64,000 nucleotides of DNA from the human T2T-CHM13v2.0 reference genome, Homo sapiens, in NCBI RefSeq assembly GCF_009914755.1, contig NC_060941.1, one strand, 5' to 3'. This document shows, in pieces, positions 22,723-64,000 of this stretch. The stretch's first letter is position 1. Each line of letters starts with the position of its first letter. Under the pieces are notes generated by a model that saw nothing but the letters and a program-made list of their open reading frames with translations, was not told the origin of the DNA and ran no database searches. The translations under genes were made by a program, and so were the position numbers.

Positions 22723-24436
22723 GCACAGGATTTAAATATGGCCCTGGACAAGTCACTGGCCTTCTCTGGCCTTCCCAGGTAAGCTTGGACTTTCTGGGAT
22801 GCTTCAAGTTCAAATCATCAGTGGTACAACTGTTGAACAATATGAGGAACGCTGCGGGTTACTGGGCCTGTGTGGACCCGTTTTGGATTCTAAGCTGGGT
22901 CCTGGGCAGAAGTTGGAGGCTGGGGCAGCTGCAAGCAGGACAGGCAGGTGGCCAGAGGGCCCAGCAGCTTCAGCACTGAGGACTGGACTGGGTCGCCACG
23001 CCCAAAGGAAGGATAATTACTCACCTCCCACTCAAGAAGCAGGCGGCAGAACTGTTTTGGAGAGCATGGCTTGGGGCCTGGGACCTATGTTCATGCGGTC
23101 CAGACGGAGATCCATGAGAGTTAAGACTCTTTCTAGATATCAGGTAGCACTTCTGATTACAAAACTTTTGCACATGGTCTCCTCTCTGCTTTACAACAGC
23201 TCAGGAAAGTAGGCCCAAACATCCACTTTAATAGATGAGGGAGCTCAGAGGGGGTAACCAACCCCTCCAGGTCACACAGCCAGGGAGGGGGTTGAGCCAA
23301 GGTTCAAACCACTGCCTCGGTTGTTGCAGATACATCCCTGCAGACACCTTTATTGAAGAGGGACCCTGAAGGCTGAACGGCCAACACAGAAGAGGAGGCA
23401 CTTGGGAGTAAGGGTGATTTATGGCCCTGGGAGGGCCCAGTGCAGGTAGGATGGGAGCTAAGGTAAGGCTGGGCCATGCCTAGCTGCAAGCAAATTTCCT
23501 TAAAAAACAAACAACAAAAAACATTACTTTTTCTAAACCTAAAGTTTGTGGTGGCATTCAAGTCCCATCATAGCCCATCTATCCAGACTCATCTGCCTGG
23601 GATCCCCGTCTTGGGACTAGTGGTCACTGGCCTGCTTCCTGGTCAATTAGCTTCCGGGACTAGGGGGAGGTGTGAGGAGCCTAGAGTGCAAAATTTAAGA
23701 AGCACTCAGTCTCAGGGGCGTGCAGGTGCAGGGTAGCGACGGCAGGACTCTAAGAGTGAGTCTCTTTCCTCCCCGTTTCCCCGTCCTACTTTCACTCTAA
23801 GCATTTAGTTCCCAGGGGACAGAGACGACTTCTTCATTAGAAGACCCCGGGGGGTCCCCAGCCCGGAAGGGCTCACAGTTGGAGCTCAAACATTTGCCAC
23901 TGTTCAGGCTCATCTTTCTTTCCCCAGTGAAAAATGGTCTAGGTTGGGAAGGGCAGGTTCCTGTCTACTGCGTGATCCAACCGATTCTGGTTCGCCCAAT
24001 GTCTGGACTTGTCCTTTGCCAAGAATAAGCAGATGAGATGGGCGGATGAACCCCAATGTCCCTGCAAGATTCAGGAAGTCCCAGCCAGAAAGTAAAGGAC
24101 GTTTAGTTCCATGTATTGTTTTCTTTTTTACATGCGGGGCAACACACCTGGACAGTGTCGATGGCTTGCTCCAAGCCACACGGCCGCATAGGGACAGGGA
24201 CTGGGCTACATAACAAGTTCTTCGACGCTGTGATATAATCAAGGAAAACCTGGGACGCAGCTAATAGATGCGCATCGAGTGTATCGACGCTCTAAGTACG
24301 AGGGCTGGAACAGTGAGCAGGATCAGTCCATTGCTTTTGCCTACCTGCTGAGCGCTGATTGGTCCCCGTTTAGGAAACGGAAAAAGGGGCGTGCACGCGG
24401 GCGCGGCTGCGTGAGAGGCGCGCGGCGGCGCAGTGA

Positions 24437-33157
<8,721 letters not shown>

Positions 33158-33402
33158 GATGGATTATTGTGCTGCTTGCTCAAGCGTGTGCTTGACTCCT
33201 GGAACCTGCCTGCTCCCTCTCCCAGACCAGCTAGTTTGGGGCTGGGGAGCTCAGGCAAAAGAGGTTTCCAGGATGCAGATTAGGTCATGCAGGCCTTTAC
33301 CGGCATTGATGTGGCTCATGTTTCAGGCAGACTTGGGGTCCTTAAGGTGGCAAGTCCTTTATGGAGAGAAAACTTGACATTCAGATGATTGTTTTTAAAT
33401 GT

Positions 33403-33532
33403 TTTACTTTTGGTACAGTTGATAGACATCATAAACGATATCAAGCTTACACTTCATATGGAGTTAAACTTGGTCAGTGTTAATAAAATCAAAACGTGAT
33501 TCTACTGTACATTGCATTATTCATAATTTAAT
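33403..33532 (-). terminator. Candidate MYO19 polyadenylation signals
   Basis: Minus-strand ATTAAA at 33527-33532 and AGTAAA at 33403-33408; no canonical hexamer seen between these and the MYO19 stop. Confidence 0.55.
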
Positions 33533-33555
33533 TGTTTGAAATTACATTAAATAAA
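33482..33555 (+). terminator. ZNHIT3 polyadenylation signals
   Basis: AATAAA at 33482-33487 and 33550-33555, ATTAAA at 33546; U-rich stretch downstream. Confidence 0.75.
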
Positions 33556-34003
33556 TCAACTAATTAAATACTAAAGTTTTGTTCCTTTTTAAAGGAAATA
33601 ACCACAAGATTTTTCCCAGCCCAAATTCCAGCGCCAATTTTAGGCCAACTTTGGCTGTTTTCTTCCAAAAGTGCTTATGTGGAATTGGGATCCCCAGTGT
33701 AGTGACAGACAGTCATGACTGCTGCTGAGTTTGATCTGTGAAGGTAGTGAAATGTGGCCCTGATGTTTCTTAACCCTGATTTGGTAACTACCAGCCCTGA
33801 CACCATCAGTGCTTGATGTAGCCTGGAACCCCAGGCCCACTGACGCACTGGGCACGGGGCTCTGGGTCGAAGGCTGGAGCCGTCACTGTTGTTCATGTGC
33901 ATTTGGAGCACTGTGGGAATAGTCTGGCAGCTGTGTGCTGATTAAATGTCTTTGGCAAGGCAGGGGGCAGGAAAAGGCCTTGTGGAAACAAAGGCACCAA
34001 GGA

Positions 34004-63094
<29,091 letters not shown>

Positions 63095-64000
63095 CTGGAA
63101 CATCAAGGAGTGAAAGGTCATGTGAGGGAATGCCTGTTTTTCAATGATGACTGAGCCAATGATGACTGAGATGGGGAGGCTGCCAATAGCAGTGGTGGGA
63201 TGCTTCCTCCAGAAAAATTTTCTGGATGTCACATTGTTAGGCCCAACTTTAGAACCCCTATGTTGGCTTTACCTATTCATTTTCTCTCAGCCTAGAAGCA
63301 GGGCTAGCCTTGACCAGTTTATGACATTAACACTTTATACCCCCATCTTATCTTGCTTTAATTGTCTTATCCTTCTGCCTATTACTTCATATTACTATAA
63401 TTTGCAATTTGCAAAGTTCGTATAAACTACTAAGAAGCCTGTCCACTAATTGGAAATATAACCCTATTTTATAGATAAGGAATGTGAGGTTCAGAGGAGT
63501 TAAATAACCTTGCAAGGCCACTCAGCAAGTAAGTATATCCATGTGATTTAAATTCCAAAGCCACTGTTCCCCTTTTCTTCAACAACTATTAACTGTCTTC
63601 AATGTACTAGGCATCAATCAAGCTGGATGCTGAGGAAACATAGGGGACTACGACTTGGCTTTTACTTTTCCGGAGGCAGGGCAGACAGCAGACAGGGCTC
63701 TCAGGACAGACTGCCCCTGGATTCCAACTGGATACCTCATCACGCATGAACTTCTGGAGGGCCACGCCATCTCCACAATGCCTAGCTAACCCAGCCAGCA
63801 GTGATCACTTACCCACAGCTTGCTGAGGGAGAAGGCAACTGTTCCATATGGCGTCAGAGCCACTCCTCTCTACACCTGCCCTTGCCCCAGCCACCTATCA
63901 CCTGGAGGGATACAAAGCCTCCAACTGTTGTCTCTGCCTCCTGCCTCACCTTCTTGAACCCAACTCCCACAGTAATTATTCGTCTAGTGGGTTCTGTTCC

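Noticed and set aside
22969-22989. TTCAGCACTGAGGACTGG as a third RE1
   Set aside because: The right half-site is poor and it lies outside any CpG island.
63142-63170. Box C (ATGATGA) and box D (CTGA) motifs suggesting a snoRNA
   Set aside because: The boxes are adjacent with no guide region or terminal stem, lie antisense to the host gene, and are explained by a tandem duplication.
63806-63812. Minus-strand GTAAGT donor as the next upstream MYO19 coding exon
   Set aside because: The adjacent sequence does not translate to the expected myosin residues; the true upstream exon lies beyond the window.

Overview
Human-type (Alu-rich primate) genomic DNA matching the ZNHIT3/MYO19 locus. It holds the complete 5-exon ZNHIT3 gene (+, 155 aa, 24458-33157). 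It also holds the last 21 coding exons of MYO19 (-, 870 codons plus stop, 34004-63094; the 5' end lies beyond the window). The two genes converge and their 3' UTRs probably overlap. Other content: a 7.35-kb two-LTR ERV1 provirus with CTAG target-site duplications (TSDs), a 5S rRNA pseudogene, old L1s, DNA transposons and about 45 Alus. The main unexpected observation comes from manual alignment. The apparently intergenic left third (about 1-21400) is a decayed mirror-image (inverted) copy of the ZNHIT3-MYO19 block. A pseudo-MYO19 (+, <1 to ~5425) has recognisable exon remnants, including a colinear last exon and the shared 3' UTR. A pseudo-ZNHIT3 (-) has a promoter/exon 1/exon 2 that survives as an orphan CpG island at ~20450-21300, head-to-head with the real promoter. 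Inside this old duplication, a 148-bp non-coding block is still 134/148 identical to its MYO19 intronic twin. The two orphan CpG islands carry REST (RE1)- and CTCF-like motifs. All alignments were made by eye and need computational confirmation.
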